Shown: positions 12,770-25,549 of the stretch, in pieces
Layout: each line of letters opens with the position of its first letter
Numbering within the stretch: position 1 is the first letter of the stretch
Assembly: GCF_030028105.1 (NCBI RefSeq)
Contig: NC_092383.1
Coordinates: 98,045,604-98,109,603, forward strand
Reading direction: 5' to 3'
DNA from: Mobula birostris
Taxonomy: Eukaryota
Length of the DNA stretch: 64,000 bases
Position numbers and translations under genes: made by a program
Notes under the pieces: model-generated
What the model was told of the DNA's origin: nothing
What the model saw: only the letters and a program-made list of their open reading frames with translations
Database searches by the model: none

Positions 12770-13105
12770 AGCAGCATCCATCCTCAAGAACACCACTATC
12801 CATTTCATGCTCTGTTCATACTGCTACCATCAGGATGGTGGTACAGGAACCTCAAGTTCCACATCACCAAGTTCAGGAATAGTTATTACTCCTCTTGAAC
12901 CAGACAGGGTAACTTCACTCATCCAAACACTGAACGAATTCCACAACCTGTGGACTCACTTTTAAGGACCTTATAATTTGTATTCACATTATTTTTTCCT
13001 TATTTTATTTATAATTGATTTTCTTTTCTCTTTGTATTGTGTTTATTGCCTTTGTTCATTGGTTGTTTCTCCATCTCTGTTGTTTTTCATTGATTCTATT
13101 TTGTT
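12770..13105 (+). mobile_element. Rex1/Babar-like 3' fragment
   Basis: A LLPSG.WYR..RNSY C-terminal remnant followed by a T-rich tail. Confidence 0.55.
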
Positions 13106-13107
13106 TA

Positions 13108-13275
13108 AAAAAACATAGAAACATAGAAAACCTATAACGCAATACAGGCCCTTCAGCCCACAATGCTGTGCCGAAGTGTACTTACCTTAGAAATTAACTA
13201 GGGTTACCCATAGCCCTCTATTTTTCTAAGGTCTGTGTACCTATCCAGGGGCCTCTTAAAAAGACCCTATTGTAA
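13108..13275 (-). mobile_element. CR1 3' tail fragment
   Basis: aaacatagaaacatagaaa tail followed by the ggcccttcagcccaca hairpin region. Confidence 0.75.
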
Positions 13276-13459
13276 GTGGCCAAGAACTGAGAACCTGTAC
13301 TGATGAACTGGCTGGAGCGTTCACTCATATCTTTGAGTTCTCGCTTCGGCAGTGAGGTACCCACCTGTTCAACCAGGCTTCACTCATACCTGTGCCAACG
13401 TGGTTAGAACGAGGTAACCTGCCTGAATGACTATCGTCCAGTAGCAGTTACATCCACAG

Positions 13460-15900
13460 GATGGTGAAGAAGGAGCTGTAACATTTGGTTTCATCAGTCA
13501 GGTATTGAGTACTAGAGTTAGGATGTGATGACACAACTGTACAAGTCAGTGGTGAGACCACTCTTGGAGCGCTGTGCACAGATCTGATCCCACCATTGCA
13601 GGAAGGGTGTCTGAAGCTAGAAACAGTGCGGAAAAGATTCACAATGAAGTCACCAGGCTTGGAGAGCTTGAGTTGTAAAAACAGACTGGATAGTCTATGT
13701 CTACATTCCATGGAGCACTGAAGCTTGAGGGGTGATCCTGTAGAAGTATATATAATCATTAAAGATATGGAGAACATGGACAGCAATGTACATCAAAGTT
13801 GCTGGTGAACGCAGCAGGCCAGGCAGCATCTCTAGGAAGAGGTACAGTCGATGTTTTGTGCCGAGACCCTTCGTCAGGACAGTCAGTTTTCTTTTCCCCA
13901 GGAAATGGCATTTTAATACTACACTGCACAGGTTTAAGGTGAGAGAGGAAAGTTTTAAAAGGAACCTCAAGAGCAACTTTTTTTATAGAGACTGTTGGGT
14001 ACATGAAACAAGCTGCTTGAAGCTGTATTACAATATTTAGCAGATAATTGTACAAGTACATGAATAGAAAAAACAGGGAGATATGGACCATTGGGGTGAG
14101 TATTGAGGATGGAGGAACCATGACTGACAAAAGCTATGGAACATCTAGCCAAGAGGAAGCAAAAAAGCTTACTTAAGGTTTGGGAAGCAATGATCAAGTC
14201 AGGGCTCTAGAGAGTTACAGGGTATCCAGGAAGGAGCTGAAGAATGGACTTGGGAGAACAGGGGTGGGCCAGGGCAGGAGATGGCCTTGACAGGTAGAAT
14301 TAAGAAAGATTCCAAGTCCTACACATGCTGCATATTGAAGAACAGGGGAATGGCTAAAGAGAGGGTAGGAATGACCAGGGATGAAAGAGGAAATGTAGAG
14401 GTAGAAGAGGTCCCTGCTATACTTTAAAATTCACCAGTGAGAAGGACCTTGACAAATGTGAGTTTGAGCATAGACCAGACTGATATTCTGGAACATGTTA
14501 TCGTTAAGTCAGAGGATGTGCTGAAACTTTTGGGAAATGTTCGGATAAATAAGTCCCCATGTCTGGACAGGATACACCTCTATGGGAGGTGTGATTGCTG
14601 TACCTTTGGCAATTATCGATGAATCCTCACTGGCCACAGTAGTAGTACCAGATGATTGGAGAGTAGCAAATGTTATTCCTTTGTTCAAGAAAGGGAGTAG
14701 GGATAACCCTGAGAATTACAGAGTAGTGAGTCTTACTAATTCTTACTTCAGTAGTGGGCAAGTTATTGGAGAAGATTCTTAGAAATGAGATTTACAAGTA
14801 TCTGGAGAAGCAAAGTCTGATTAGGGATAGTCAACATTGCTTTGTGATGGGCAATTCATGCATTGTGAGAGTAATTGAACTCTTTCAGGATGTGACAAAG
14901 CACATTGATGAAGGTAAGGCAGTGGATGTAGTGTGTATGGATTTTAATAAGGTGTTTGATAAGGTACCCTGTGGTAGGCTTATTCAGAATGTCAGGAAGT
15001 ATGGCATCCAGGGAAACTTGGCTGTCTGGATTCAGAATTGGCAGAGCGTAGTTGGCGATTGGGTGCATTCTGCCTGGAGGTTGGTGATCACTGATCTGTT
15101 CGGGGAGCCTTAACTATTTGTGATCTGAATAAATGACTTGGATGAGGAAGTGGAATGGTGGTTTAGTAAGTCTGCAGATACACAAAGGTTGGTCATGTTG
15201 TGGAAGTGTTCAAGGTTGTTCCAGGTTACAGAGTGAGGCTGAGAAGTGGCAGATGGAGTCCTGGAAAACTGCGAAGAGATTCACTTTGAAAGTCAAATTT
15301 GAAAGGCAGAATACAGGTTAATGACAGGATTTTTAACAGTGACGGGTAACAGATCTTGTGGTCTACATCCATAGATTCCTCAAAGTCGCTGCATAAAATG
15401 ACAAGTTATTAAGAAAGTATATGATGTGTCGGGGGATTGAGCTCAGGTGCTGTGAGGTAATATTGTTCTATAAAACTCTGGTTAGTCCTCAGTTGGAGTA
15501 TTGTGCTCACTTCTCCTTGCCTCATTATAGGAAGGGTGTGGAAGCTGGAAAGAGTGCAGAGGAGATATACCAGGATTACAGAGCGTATGCTATGAGGACA
15601 GGATGATCAAGCTGGAATTTTGTCTTTGAAGCAGAGGAGGATCAGAGGTGACGATAGAGCTGTACTGGGTGATAAGAGGCATAGATTGCGTGTACAACCA
15701 GAGACTTTTTCCCATGAAGGAAATGGTGAATATCAGGGGACATAATTGTAAGGTGTTGAGGGGAAAGTGTAGGGTGGATGACAGAGGTAGGTGTTTTTAC
15801 ACAGATAGTGATGGGTGCGCTTGGTGGTGGCAGAGACAGCTACATTAGTGACATTAGTGACATTTAGATAGACACATGGATGATAGAAATATGGGAGATT
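13460..15900 (+). mobile_element. Cluster of old degraded CR1 RT fragments, containing a Penelope terminal piece at 13790-13880
   Basis: DWRVANVIPLFKKGSRDNPENYR, DFNKVFDKVP and LEYCAHFS motifs. The inserted piece matches the Penelope terminus at 43817-43905. Confidence 0.75.
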
Positions 15901-15984
15901 ATGCAGGCAGTAGGCTGCTACTCACACTGAGTTCTCAAAACATTGCTGTGGACCTGTTCCCTTGTACTTTCCCAAAACATTTAC

Positions 15985-18072
15985 ACAAGAGATTCTAAAG
16001 ATGCTGGAAATCCAGAGCAACACTCACATCATGCTGGAGGAACTCAGCAGGTCAGGCAGAGTCTATGGAGAGGAAAACAGTCACCGTTTTGGGCCAAGAA
16101 CTTTCATCAGGACTGGAAAGGAAGGGGGCAGAAGCTAGAAACTAGGTGTGGGGAGGGTAAGGAGTACAAACCATCACGTGATAGGTGAGACCAGGTGAGG
16201 AGGGAGGTGGATGAGTTGGGAGGGGGGATTATGTGAGAACCTAGGAGGCGATTGGTGGAAGGGTTGAAGAAGAAGAAATCTGATAGAAAAGGAGAGTAGA
16301 CCATGGGAGAAAGGGAAGAAGGAGAGGCACCGGGGCGGAATGATGGACATTGGAGAGGAGTAAGAGGTGTCACATAGCCCGTGACGGGTTAAGGAACCAG
16401 CAGAAATGGAAAACACTTGGCAGTCCAGTATTACTATTAACTAATGGTATTTGTTAGTAACTACACAGTACAGTAATATAAAATTATATATATAAAACAG
16501 GTCAGCAATGAATATATATATATATATATATATATAAGTGTGGAAATATATGAAAACCAAGCTTCTTCAAGTCTAGGGGTGAATAGATCTTCTTACAATG
16601 ATGAGTAAAGTTCAGTTCAGTTCGTGGTATTGAGTTGAGTAGTGATGGAGAGAGAGAGATTTGAGTCTTCAGGTGAGCTGACGCCGTTGATCTTCCCATT
16701 GTCCTCCAAAATCCTTTAGAAGTCACCGACTGTGACTACAACAAAGGGGACCGTTCTTCTGTGGTGGAATTATCAACCCAGGCGAGGGTTGGCACACAAA
16801 TAACTCCCCACTGGTCACTCCCTTTTTACACTGCAAGAGCCACTGATCGATCCTCCAAAACCCACCTTTTCTGTGGGCACAACAAAGCTCATTCAGTTTC
16901 CAAAACCATGTGTCTGTAGGTCTAACAACTGACCTTCTATTTATCTCACCGTGCTGATCACCAGCTGTCCATCAAGCAGCTCCTCCCTTCTCTCTTCCTG
17001 CAAACTCATTCCAGAAAACATGCAGAAAACTTGTAAGAGTCATTTATCAATACTCAGTATTGAACCCAACTCACCCCTTTTCGGTCTACTAAAAGTTAAA
17101 ACCAGGACCTCACTCACTGGTGTCTTTCATTGATCGAATCCATCTTGACTTCGAGCATGTGTTTCCCTGTGTCTGTAAATGTCCTTGTAAAAAGTAAACA
17201 CACCGCAGAGAAACCATAACATCGATTGTCCATCAAGTAACTCCACCTCTCTCTCTTTCCATGGCAACCCAAGAGCTGACAGCAGTAGTCACTGTCCTTG
17301 TAAATTCAAAACACGAGCTGGAAGGTAGACTCTGCCCTTCTCTCTCCCAACAGAAATCCAAAAGTTCTTCCTCGTGCCTTAAAGTGACAGCTCACAGCAA
17401 AAAGGAACCCCAGGGGTACATAACAAGAGAAACCATAACACCATCTCAAAGCAATCTTTGCCTCTCTCTCTCTCTCTCTTAATAACAAGGTATTTGTGTT
17501 GTACAACTCTCTCTCTCTTTTTAAAGGTATAGCCGATAAAAAATATGACCCCTAGGGGTACATAACAGAGGGAAGCTAAATAGCAAATGGAAAATGAGGA
17601 GGAAGGGAGGAAGGGAAATGACTGTAATTTGGAGAAATCGATGTTCATGTTGTCAGATTAGAGGTTTCCCAGCTAGAATATGAGGTGTTGATCCTCCAAA
17701 CTGAGTGTGGCCTCATTGTGACCGTAGAGGAGGCCATAGACCAACATGTTGAAATGGGAAAGCAAAGTGGAATTAAAATAGTTAGCCACCAGGAAATCTT
17801 CTCTGTTGTGGCCAGACTGAAGATGCTTGACGAAGAGGCAGCCCACACTTGTGTCTACTTGTGTCTCACAGATACACACTGATAAGAAGCGATTCAGTAG
17901 GTGACTCTGACAGACTAGCACTTGAAATGTTGCCTCAGCTGGAAGGACTGTTCGGGGCTGTGAATGGTAGTGAGGGGGGAAGGAGGTGAATGGGTGGGTG
18001 CAGCACTTCTTCCACTTGCAAGGATAAATGTTAGGAGGGAGATCATTGGGGAGGGGACAAGGGGACAAGTGA
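15985..18072 (-). mobile_element. Degraded Penelope-like element (GIY-YIG end plus terminal repeat), split by an LTR insertion
   Basis: ORF 17673-18068 (YPCKWKKC..VANYFNS..EDQHLIF) matches the better-preserved Penelope C-terminus at 45977-46720. Confidence 0.8.
16368..17567. mobile_element. Solo-LTR-like element with TG...CA ends and a 4-bp TSD
   Basis: Starts tgtcac and ends cataaca, flanked by gagg (16364-16367 and 17568-17571). Non-coding, with internal (TA)n and (TC)n tracts. Confidence 0.7.
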
Positions 18073-18794
18073 TGTCACATACACATCCCACCCTGCAAAA
18101 ACTCATTTCAGGGAGGTACCACCACCATTTCAGGGAGGTAGCACCCCTGCCCCCCACAACCCCATATCCCCCCCCCCCCCACTGATCGACCTCCAAGGGT
18201 GTATGTAATACTTTGCTTAGTGATTTTGTCTAATCTGTAAACCAAGTTGGGTATATGCAGAAAATGTGACATTAAAATATGTACTTCTATTATGTTATAT
18301 TATCATGTTTACTCTATTACAACTTTAAGCAACTCTACAGGGAGTTTGGCCTCATCATGTAGGACATCAATAGAGTAGCTCCTTGGCAGCTAGCCAGCTA
18401 GTTTAAATAACGTTAGCTGTGCTAATGAACGAATGGCACCTGTTAAACTCACCTCAACAGGTTTTTAACATTTTAACCCACCATGGGCAATAGAAAAGTC
18501 ACTGTTGCAAACAGTGCAGCGAGCAACACTCATTATTTTTGAGGTCGGCTGTACAGCCCGCCCACAGAGAAAACTGATAGGTCTACTTAGCAGGGGTCCC
18601 CAACCTTTTTTTGCACCGTGGACCAGTTTAATATTGACAATATTCTTGCGGACCGGCCGACCGGGGTTGGGGGTGTTAATCACAACCGGAATATACGTGA
18701 TAAGTCAACTATAAGTCACTTATACACTCAGTTTCGTTTCTAAAAGGGTTTGCCTAACGAATCTAATATTAAACACTCAGCACATATTTTCCTG

Positions 18795-19050
18795 GCATGA
18801 ATATAGACATAAACATAGACATAGACATAGACATACGTTATTGATCCCGAGGGAAATTGAGTTTTGTTACAGCTGCACCAACCAAGAATAGAGCATAAAT
18901 ATAGCAATACAAAAACCACAAACAATCAAACAACAATATGCACACTATGCCAGATGGAAATAAGTCCTGGACCAACCTATTGGCTCAGGGTGTCTGACCC
19001 TCCAACTCCTTTACGCTTACCACTCTCAGTGCACTTCCAGTCAGCCCGAA
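18795..19050 (-). mobile_element. Rex1/Babar-like 3' tail inserted in the hAT
   Basis: Reverse complement of 5620-5800, with an (acatag)n tail. Confidence 0.65.
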
Positions 19051-19129
19051 TATAGTGATAAGTCAATTATAAGTCACTTATAAGTCAATACCATCATAAC
19101 ATTTTAAGTAACGTTTGGATATTAAACAA

Positions 19130-20432
19130 GTCAGCATGGATTTGTGAAAGGAAAATCATATCTGACGAATCTCATAGAATTTTTTGAGGATATAACTAGT
19201 AGAGTGGATAGGGGAGAACCCGTGGATGTGATATATTTGCATTTTCAAAAGGCTTTTGACAAGGTTCCACACAGGAGATTAGTGTGCAAACTTAAAGCAC
19301 ACGGTATTGGGGGTAAGGTATTGATGTGGATAGAGAATTGGTTGGCAGACAGGAAGCAAAGAGTGGGAATAAATGGGACCTTTTCAGAATGGCAGGCAGT
19401 GACTAGTGGGGTATCGCAAGGCTCAGTGCTGGGACCCCAGTTGTTTACAATATATATTAATGATTTAGACGAGGGAATTAAATGCAGCATCTCCAAGTTT
19501 GCGGATGACACGAAGCTGGGCGGCAGTGTTAGCTGTGAGGAGGATGCTAAGAGGATGCAGGGTGACTTGGATAGGTTAGGTGAGTGGGCAAATTCATGGC
19601 AGATGTAATTGAATGTGGATAAATGTGAGGTTATCCACTTTGGTGGCAAAAACAGGAAAACAGATTATTATCTGAATGGTGGCCGATTAGGAAAAGGGGA
19701 GGTGCAACGAGACCTGGGTGTCATTATACACCAGTCATTGAAAGTGGGCATGCAGGTACAGCAGGCGGTGAAAAAGGCGAATGGTATGCTGGCATTTATA
19801 GCAAGAGGATTCGAGGACAGGAGCAGGGAGGTACTACTGCAGTTGTACAAGGCCTTGGTGAGACCACACCTGGAGTATTGTGTGCAGTTTTGGTCCCCTA
19901 ATCTGAGGAAAGACATTCTTGTCATAGAGGGAGTACAAAGAAGGTTCACCAGATTGACTCCTGGGATGGCAGGACTTTCATATGATGAAAGACTGCATCG
20001 ACTAGGCTTATACTTTCTGGAATTTAGAAGATTGAGGGGGGATCTTATTGAAACGTATAAAATCCTAAAGGGATTGGACAGGCTAGATGCAGGAAGATTG
20101 TTTCCGATGTTGGGGAGGTCCAGAATGAGGGGTCACAGTTTGAGGATAAAGGGGAAGCCTTTTAGGACCGAGATGAGGAAAAACTTCTTCACACAGAGAG
20201 TGGTGAATCTGTGGAATTCTCTGCCACAGGAAACAGTTGAGGCCAGTTCATTGGCTATATTTAAGAGGGAGTTAGATATGGCCCTTGTGGCTAAAGGGAT
20301 CAGGGGGTATGGAGGGAAGGCTGGTACAGGGTTCTGAGTTGGATGATCAGCCATGATCATACTGAATAGCGATGCAGGCTCGAAGGGCCGAATGGCCTAC
20401 TCCTGCACCTATTTTCTATGTTTCTATGTTTC
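19130..20432 (+). mobile_element. 5'-truncated young CR1 (RT C-half plus tail) inserted in the hAT
   Basis: ORFs 19144-19608 and 19609-20337 are in frame and separated by one TAA. Tail tttctatgtttctatgtttct. Confidence 0.93.
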
Positions 20433-21799
20433 TAAACAGCGCATATTTTCCTTGTATGAACATATAAAATCACTACAACACACCAATATCGCTGAATCAG
20501 TGCGTGCCCTGGGCTTGTTCCCCTGCAACAAGACAGTCCCATCGAGGGGTGATGGGAGACAGCGATACTCGAAGGGGGTTCCTTCTGTCCAGTCTATTCC
20601 GCAATTTAGTTTTCGTTGCATTCATTGCAGAATACACCGCTTTGCAGAGATATGTTGGAAATGGAAGCAACGTTTTCAGTGCTTTCATGGCTATCTCAGG
20701 ATATTTAGCCTTGACTTTGATCCAGAATACCGGCAGAGATGTTATTTCAAACATACTTTTCAGCCCACCGTCATTTGTAAGCTCGAGGAGTTGATGATCT
20801 TCCCACGCTGACATGGATGACATGCGGGTAATGACCTCGTGTGGGTTCAAGTTCAACAGTGGGCGTGACAAGGAATGAGGAAAGGTGCAGCTGACTCATA
20901 TCGCCAAATCATATCGTTTCCTCACGGCCCAATAGCACATGCTTTGCGGCCCGGTACCGGTCCCCGGCCCGCTGGTTGGGGACCACTCTTAGAACGAAGA
21001 GAGACCAATCAGGATGCTCGCTCTCCCTCTCCCTCTCTTTCTCAAAAAAATCGAATTCCGGGATATTGTATATAATTTCCGGCCATCAGGGAGTAGCTAT
21101 CAATATGCGGGAGACTCCCGGAACTTCCGGGAGAGGTGAGATGTCTGTGTCACAGTAAGAGCAATGGTCACACCTCCCTACCAAGCGTGGGTAAGCATGC
21201 CCGATGAGGGTCACCATTTGGAAGAACAAAAATGGTAATCTGCAACAGCACGTTAGTGAAAGGGGATTTATTTTGTGCCAGGAGGAAAAAGTGCAAAAGC
21301 TGCCCCAAGGTTGTGAAGAAAAATATTTACAAGTTGGCAAATGAAAAGAAAAACAGATGTATAAAAATTTACAAATATGCAGAGGCTTTCTCCTCAACGC
21401 ACTTTGTCTTAACTTTCCAGTATAACTGTACATCAACCGCCAACTCCAGCCTTCACACCTCTCTAGCAAAACCAGACTGAACGTTTAAATCTGCCTCTTC
21501 CTGGCCCGGAAGAAACAGGAAATTCTATTATTGGGTTGGGGGTAATAACTATTTCAGATGCAGAATTCGAACATTCCAACAGGGATTCTAGCATCCTACA
21601 GTTTTATTCCACAACAAATGTCTTACTTGAACCCACAGATCAGTGTCCACATGATTAGATGAATATATAGGATATTGCCCTCCCACCAGTGTAGGGGGTA
21701 CTGTACTTGCTCCCACTAACCCAGGCATTGTTTTCGGATGCCCCAAACTGTCCAAAGTGTGTGAACTACTGGGGAAACTGGACAGGGGCAGAACGAGGA

Positions 21800-22090
21800 G
21801 GAGTGACTAACGGGGCAAAAGGGTAAGATTAGTGGGAGAAATGGCATTGCCAAACTGTTCTGTCTCTGAGATCCTTGCAGAAATGGAATGGGGAGGGTGG
21901 GAAAGATGTGAATGGCTCAGAGACAGTGGTGACGGTAGAACAGTCTGCATCATGACTGGCATGGACCTCGCTGAGGTGTGGGTACCTGAAGGCAAAGCTC
22001 AGGCCCTTGCTGAGGACAGAGCGTTCCACATTAGCGAGGGGAAAGTCAGGTGAGATGGTGAAAGGATGAGAGTGGTAGGGCAGAGGCAAA
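21800..22090 (-). mobile_element. Penelope ORF N-terminal remnant
   Basis: FTISPDFPLANVERSVLSKGLSF motif. Confidence 0.65.
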
Positions 22091-22775
22091 CTGGGTGAGG
22101 GAAAGGACGGGATGAGAGGTAGAGTAGAGGGAGGGGGTTATGCGGAGGAAGTGATGACAGCGGCAGTGGGAGAGGAATGAAAGAGGATGGTGAGGTGAAG
22201 CGGGTAGGGCAGTAGTGCAAGGGGGAAGGGAGGGGAAGGGGGAGGGAGAAGGAAGGGACGAGGGTGAGGGAAGGAATGAACAGGTGTGTGAGAGAGAGGA
22301 AGGAAGGAGGAGGGCATACAGAGGCAGGAGGGAGATTGAGAGGAGATAGAGGAGGAGGATGGGGTGAGGGATGGTCAGGGGAAGGGGTGAGTTGAAGGCG
22401 TTGGAGGGGAGAGAGGGAGGAGAGGAGAAGGAGGAGGAAGAGTAGAGGGCAGAGGGTGAGGGATGAAGTGGGGAGGAGAGTGGGCAGGGAATGAGGGGGT
22501 AGGTGGGAGGATAGAGTTGGAGAGAGAGGGTGATTCCGGATGTGAGGGGTGGGGAAGAGGAAGAGATGGAGGGGATCTCACAGTCAGTGTCCCTCCACAG
22601 AGGATGGAGAGATGTCGACTCTTGTCCCCGTGTAAGTTCACCTGCAACAGTAGACTGGCTGATGAATGCAGGGAGAGGGGAAGGAGAAGATGGAGAGGAG
22701 GGAGTGTACAAAGAGGGAGACAGAGAGGGGTAGAGTAAAGAAAAGGAGAGGAAGATGAAGGGAGGGGGAAAAGGG
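22060..22775. repeat. Purine-rich (GA/GGA) low-complexity tract
   Basis: About 700 bp strongly dominated by G and A on the + strand. Confidence 0.85.
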
Positions 22776-22854
22776 AGGATTGGGAGAGATTGTATGAAAA
22801 TGACACCGAGATATAAACATACTCACAAAAAGGAATCTCTTTTTAAAGGCACCC

Positions 22855-23145
22855 CACTCCGTACCCCAGCATCTATATCAGCACCTCATCCCGTACCCCA
22901 GCATCTATATCAGCAACCCACCCCGTACCCCAGCATCTATATCAGCAACCCAACCCGCACCCCAGCACCCCACCCCGTACTCCAGCATCTATATCAGCAC
23001 CCCAACCCGCACCCCACCTCACTCCACACCCCAAAATCTATATCAGCACCCCAACCCGCACCCCACCTCACTCCACACCCCAAAATCTATTTCAACACCC
23101 CAACCCACACCCCAGCATCCCAATATGCACCCCAGCATCTATATC
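22855..23145. repeat. C-rich minisatellite, ~30-bp variable unit (accccagcatctatatcagcacc)
   Basis: catctatatcagcac-like core repeated several times. Confidence 0.85.
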
Positions 23146-23149
23146 AGAC

Positions 23150-23720
23150 TCTTGGCAGCTTGGGTGGTCGGGATGAAGCCGTTGAAAGTCAATAATCAGA
23201 TCAGGATTCAAACTATTCCGGACGAGAACTCAAATTCTTTCCTCTGGACCATTCCCTCCCAATCAACTCAGTACTGGAGCTGCCCCTTAACCTGCCTTAA
23301 GTCAAGTACCAGGAGGGGGATCAGTGGGAGGGATGAATGGAATAGGGAGCAATCCCTGTGGAAAGTGGGAAGCGGGGGCAGACCACAGGGAAAGATGTGC
23401 TTAGTGGTGCAATCCTATTGGAGATGGCAGAAGTCATGGAGGCTACTGGGATGGTAGGTGAGGGCAAGGGGAACCCTATCCCTGTAGGCTGTGAATAATG
23501 GAGGAGATGTGACGAGGGCAGCGTCGATGGTGGTGGAAGTAAAGCCCGTTTCTTTGAAGGAGGAGGGCACCTCATTCTTTCTGGAATGAAAAACCTCATC
23601 CTGAGAGCAGATATGGTGGAGGCGAAAGAACTCAAGGAAGGGGATGGCAGTTTTACAAGTGACAGGGTGGGAAGAGGTGTAGTCCAGGTAGCTGTGAGAA
23701 TCAAAGAATCCTCTTTCTTT
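23150..23720 (-). mobile_element. Degraded Penelope RT fragment
   Basis: Similar to 44520-45040 (cctcatcctgagagcagat.. segment). Confidence 0.7.
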
Positions 23721-23729
23721 AGATGACCT

Positions 23730-24900
23730 CCTTCTTCAAAAAAAGAGGACCTTCTTCAAAGGTAGAGAGCCAAGCTGCTGACCCACACAAAAAGAAAGTC
23801 TCAGACACCTCCTCCTGATGGAATAGGACTGTGGCTTCACCAAAGTCCAAAGACTTCTTGGCTTGAAGCCATCGCTGTCTACAGCACTCGACAAAGGGAA
23901 CACAAACTGATATTCGAAAGGGGACACGTTAATCGAAGATGGTGGTGTGTTATGAGCTACTACAAAGAGTTGGTTATCAGAGACAGGGCAACAAAGGGTG
24001 CGTCCCAGATCTTGGCTAGTCCTCTCCGTCTGGCCAGTTGTTTGTGGGTGAAAGCTAGAGGAGAGGTGAGAAGTAGATCCATAAGTTGACAAAACGCCTG
24101 CCGAAATTTGGGCACAAATCGTGTACCCCTGTCAGAGACAGTGTCAGAATGAAATTCCTGCACCCAAAACACCTGCTCCGTTTCACGGGCTGTGGGCTAT
24201 TTAGTGAAGGGAAAAAATTAATGAGACTTGGAAAATCGATCAACTGCGACGAAAGTGGCAGTAAAGGAGCGTGACCTGGGCAAACCAGTGATGAAAATCC
24301 AGCGAGAGATGGGACCAGGAGCGGGAGGGGACAGAAAAGACCCCGAGGAGGAGAATGGAATCTTTGGAACTGGCACAAATGTCTCAGGCTAATGACTTAA
24401 CTTCCCTTTTAATACCAGGCCAGCACAACGTCTTTTTATGAATTCTAGGGTGCGTGAAATCCCGAGGGTGCGCTTTTACCTTGGATGCGTGCATTCATTT
24501 GAGGACTTCCAACCTCATTTCGTGTGGCAGAAAAAGGCGACCTCGGGGACCATTACTGGGAAGCAGATTACTCCCCTCAAGTGCTTGTCTGACTTGGGAA
24601 TCAATATCCCAAGTGACCGGATCCAGAATTTTATACTCCCGAAGATTCGACTCCGGCATCAGTACTTTTCGCAACCAACAAGAAGTCTGGTGCTAGTCAA
24701 ATTTGAAGGGCCATCATTTTGGCAGTAATATCATTGATGGCCTGGCTCATAACATGTAGCTCTAGACTCTTCAATAGCCAATCCCTCTAGTAGCGCCGAG
24801 GGCATATTGATGCTTGCGTGAGCCAGTCTGACGGGTCCCCAGAACAGGGATGCTATTAACCAGAAATGCTGAGTTTTTGTATTACCTTTGATGGCAGCCC
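23730..24900 (-). mobile_element. Degraded Ty3/Gypsy pol remnant (end of RNase H, integrase Zn-binding region and core)
   Basis: Minus strand: YEPG; GRLFLPHEMRLEVL..HASKVKAHP/ISRTLEFIKRR; VSDRGTRF; SSFHPQTTGQTERT. Confidence 0.75.
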
Positions 24901-24919
24901 CAAACAATAGGATGTCGAG

Positions 24920-24999
24920 CAGGGGATCCCAACCTTCTTCATGCCATGGACCAATACCATTACGGAAGGGGTCCATGGACCCTGGGTTGGGAACCCCTG
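24920..24999. mobile_element. 80-bp hAT MITE
   Basis: TIRs caggggatcccaacc / ggttgggaacccctg. 8-bp TSD atgtcgag / atgtcgac (7/8 match). Confidence 0.85.
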
Positions 25000-25549
25000 A
25001 TGTCGACAGAACATAGGCAAGGTGGTACATGGATCTGGTTCAGGTCAAATATCCCATTTCAGAAGGCATTCCGCTGGCAGACAGTGTTAGTTCTGATGGT
25101 CACACGTCCAGTAAGAACCATTAATGGGATTTGGAGGATCACCAGTCATATAAACGTATTTCACATATTGTTACCTAAGCCTCGTCTCATCTCTTTGTGC
25201 TTACAGTAGGGGACTTCACCCGAATCCTCATGAAGCAGCTTCCGAGATGGGGGTTTATGCAGGAAGGTTGATTACATCTTTCAAAACAGTTGATTGGCGG
25301 GTGTCATTCCTATGGGCAGTGCCGTTGCATGCTCCCTTCACAGCTCCAGTCTCATTATCAAAGTATCAAACTCACTTTGGTTCAGGGCTATAGGCTGCAC
25401 TAGCAGACCAGCTTCCCCTGTAGCACATCCAACAACCCATCAGGTTAGTTTGTACGTGACACATGTTAGTAACTAAGATAAGATGTTAGGAGTGTCAGTG
25501 TCGTTCTGTGATTAGGCAGAAAACAGAATTATCCAAAAGTTACAATGCA

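Larger units (their letters stand above)
18591..20987 (-). mobile_element. Inner hAT-Charlie-type deletion derivative
   Basis: TIRs caggggtccccaacc / ggttggggaccact. ORF 20497-20871 encodes the hAT dimerisation C-terminus (FWIKVKAKYPEIAMKALKTLLPFPTYLC..TKTKLRNRLD). Confidence 0.85.
18080..21147 (-). mobile_element. Outer non-autonomous hAT transposon with a BED-finger remnant
   Basis: Imperfect TIRs (tacacatcccacc vs reverse-complement cagacatctcacc). Flanking direct repeat tgtcaca at 18073-18079 and 21148-21154. Minus-strand ARCTVCNSDFSIAHGG at ~18480-18530. Confidence 0.7.

Noticed and set aside
22046-22826. Pro/Ser/Leu-rich ORFs
   Set aside because: Low-complexity purine/pyrimidine tract.
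22810-22850. Minus-strand gtgagt donor-like site
   Set aside because: The upstream sequence is minisatellite, with no acceptor or plausible exon.
24438-24728. 96-aa plus-strand ORF that looks like a small novel gene
   Set aside because: Antisense to a recognisable Gypsy integrase Zn-binding region.
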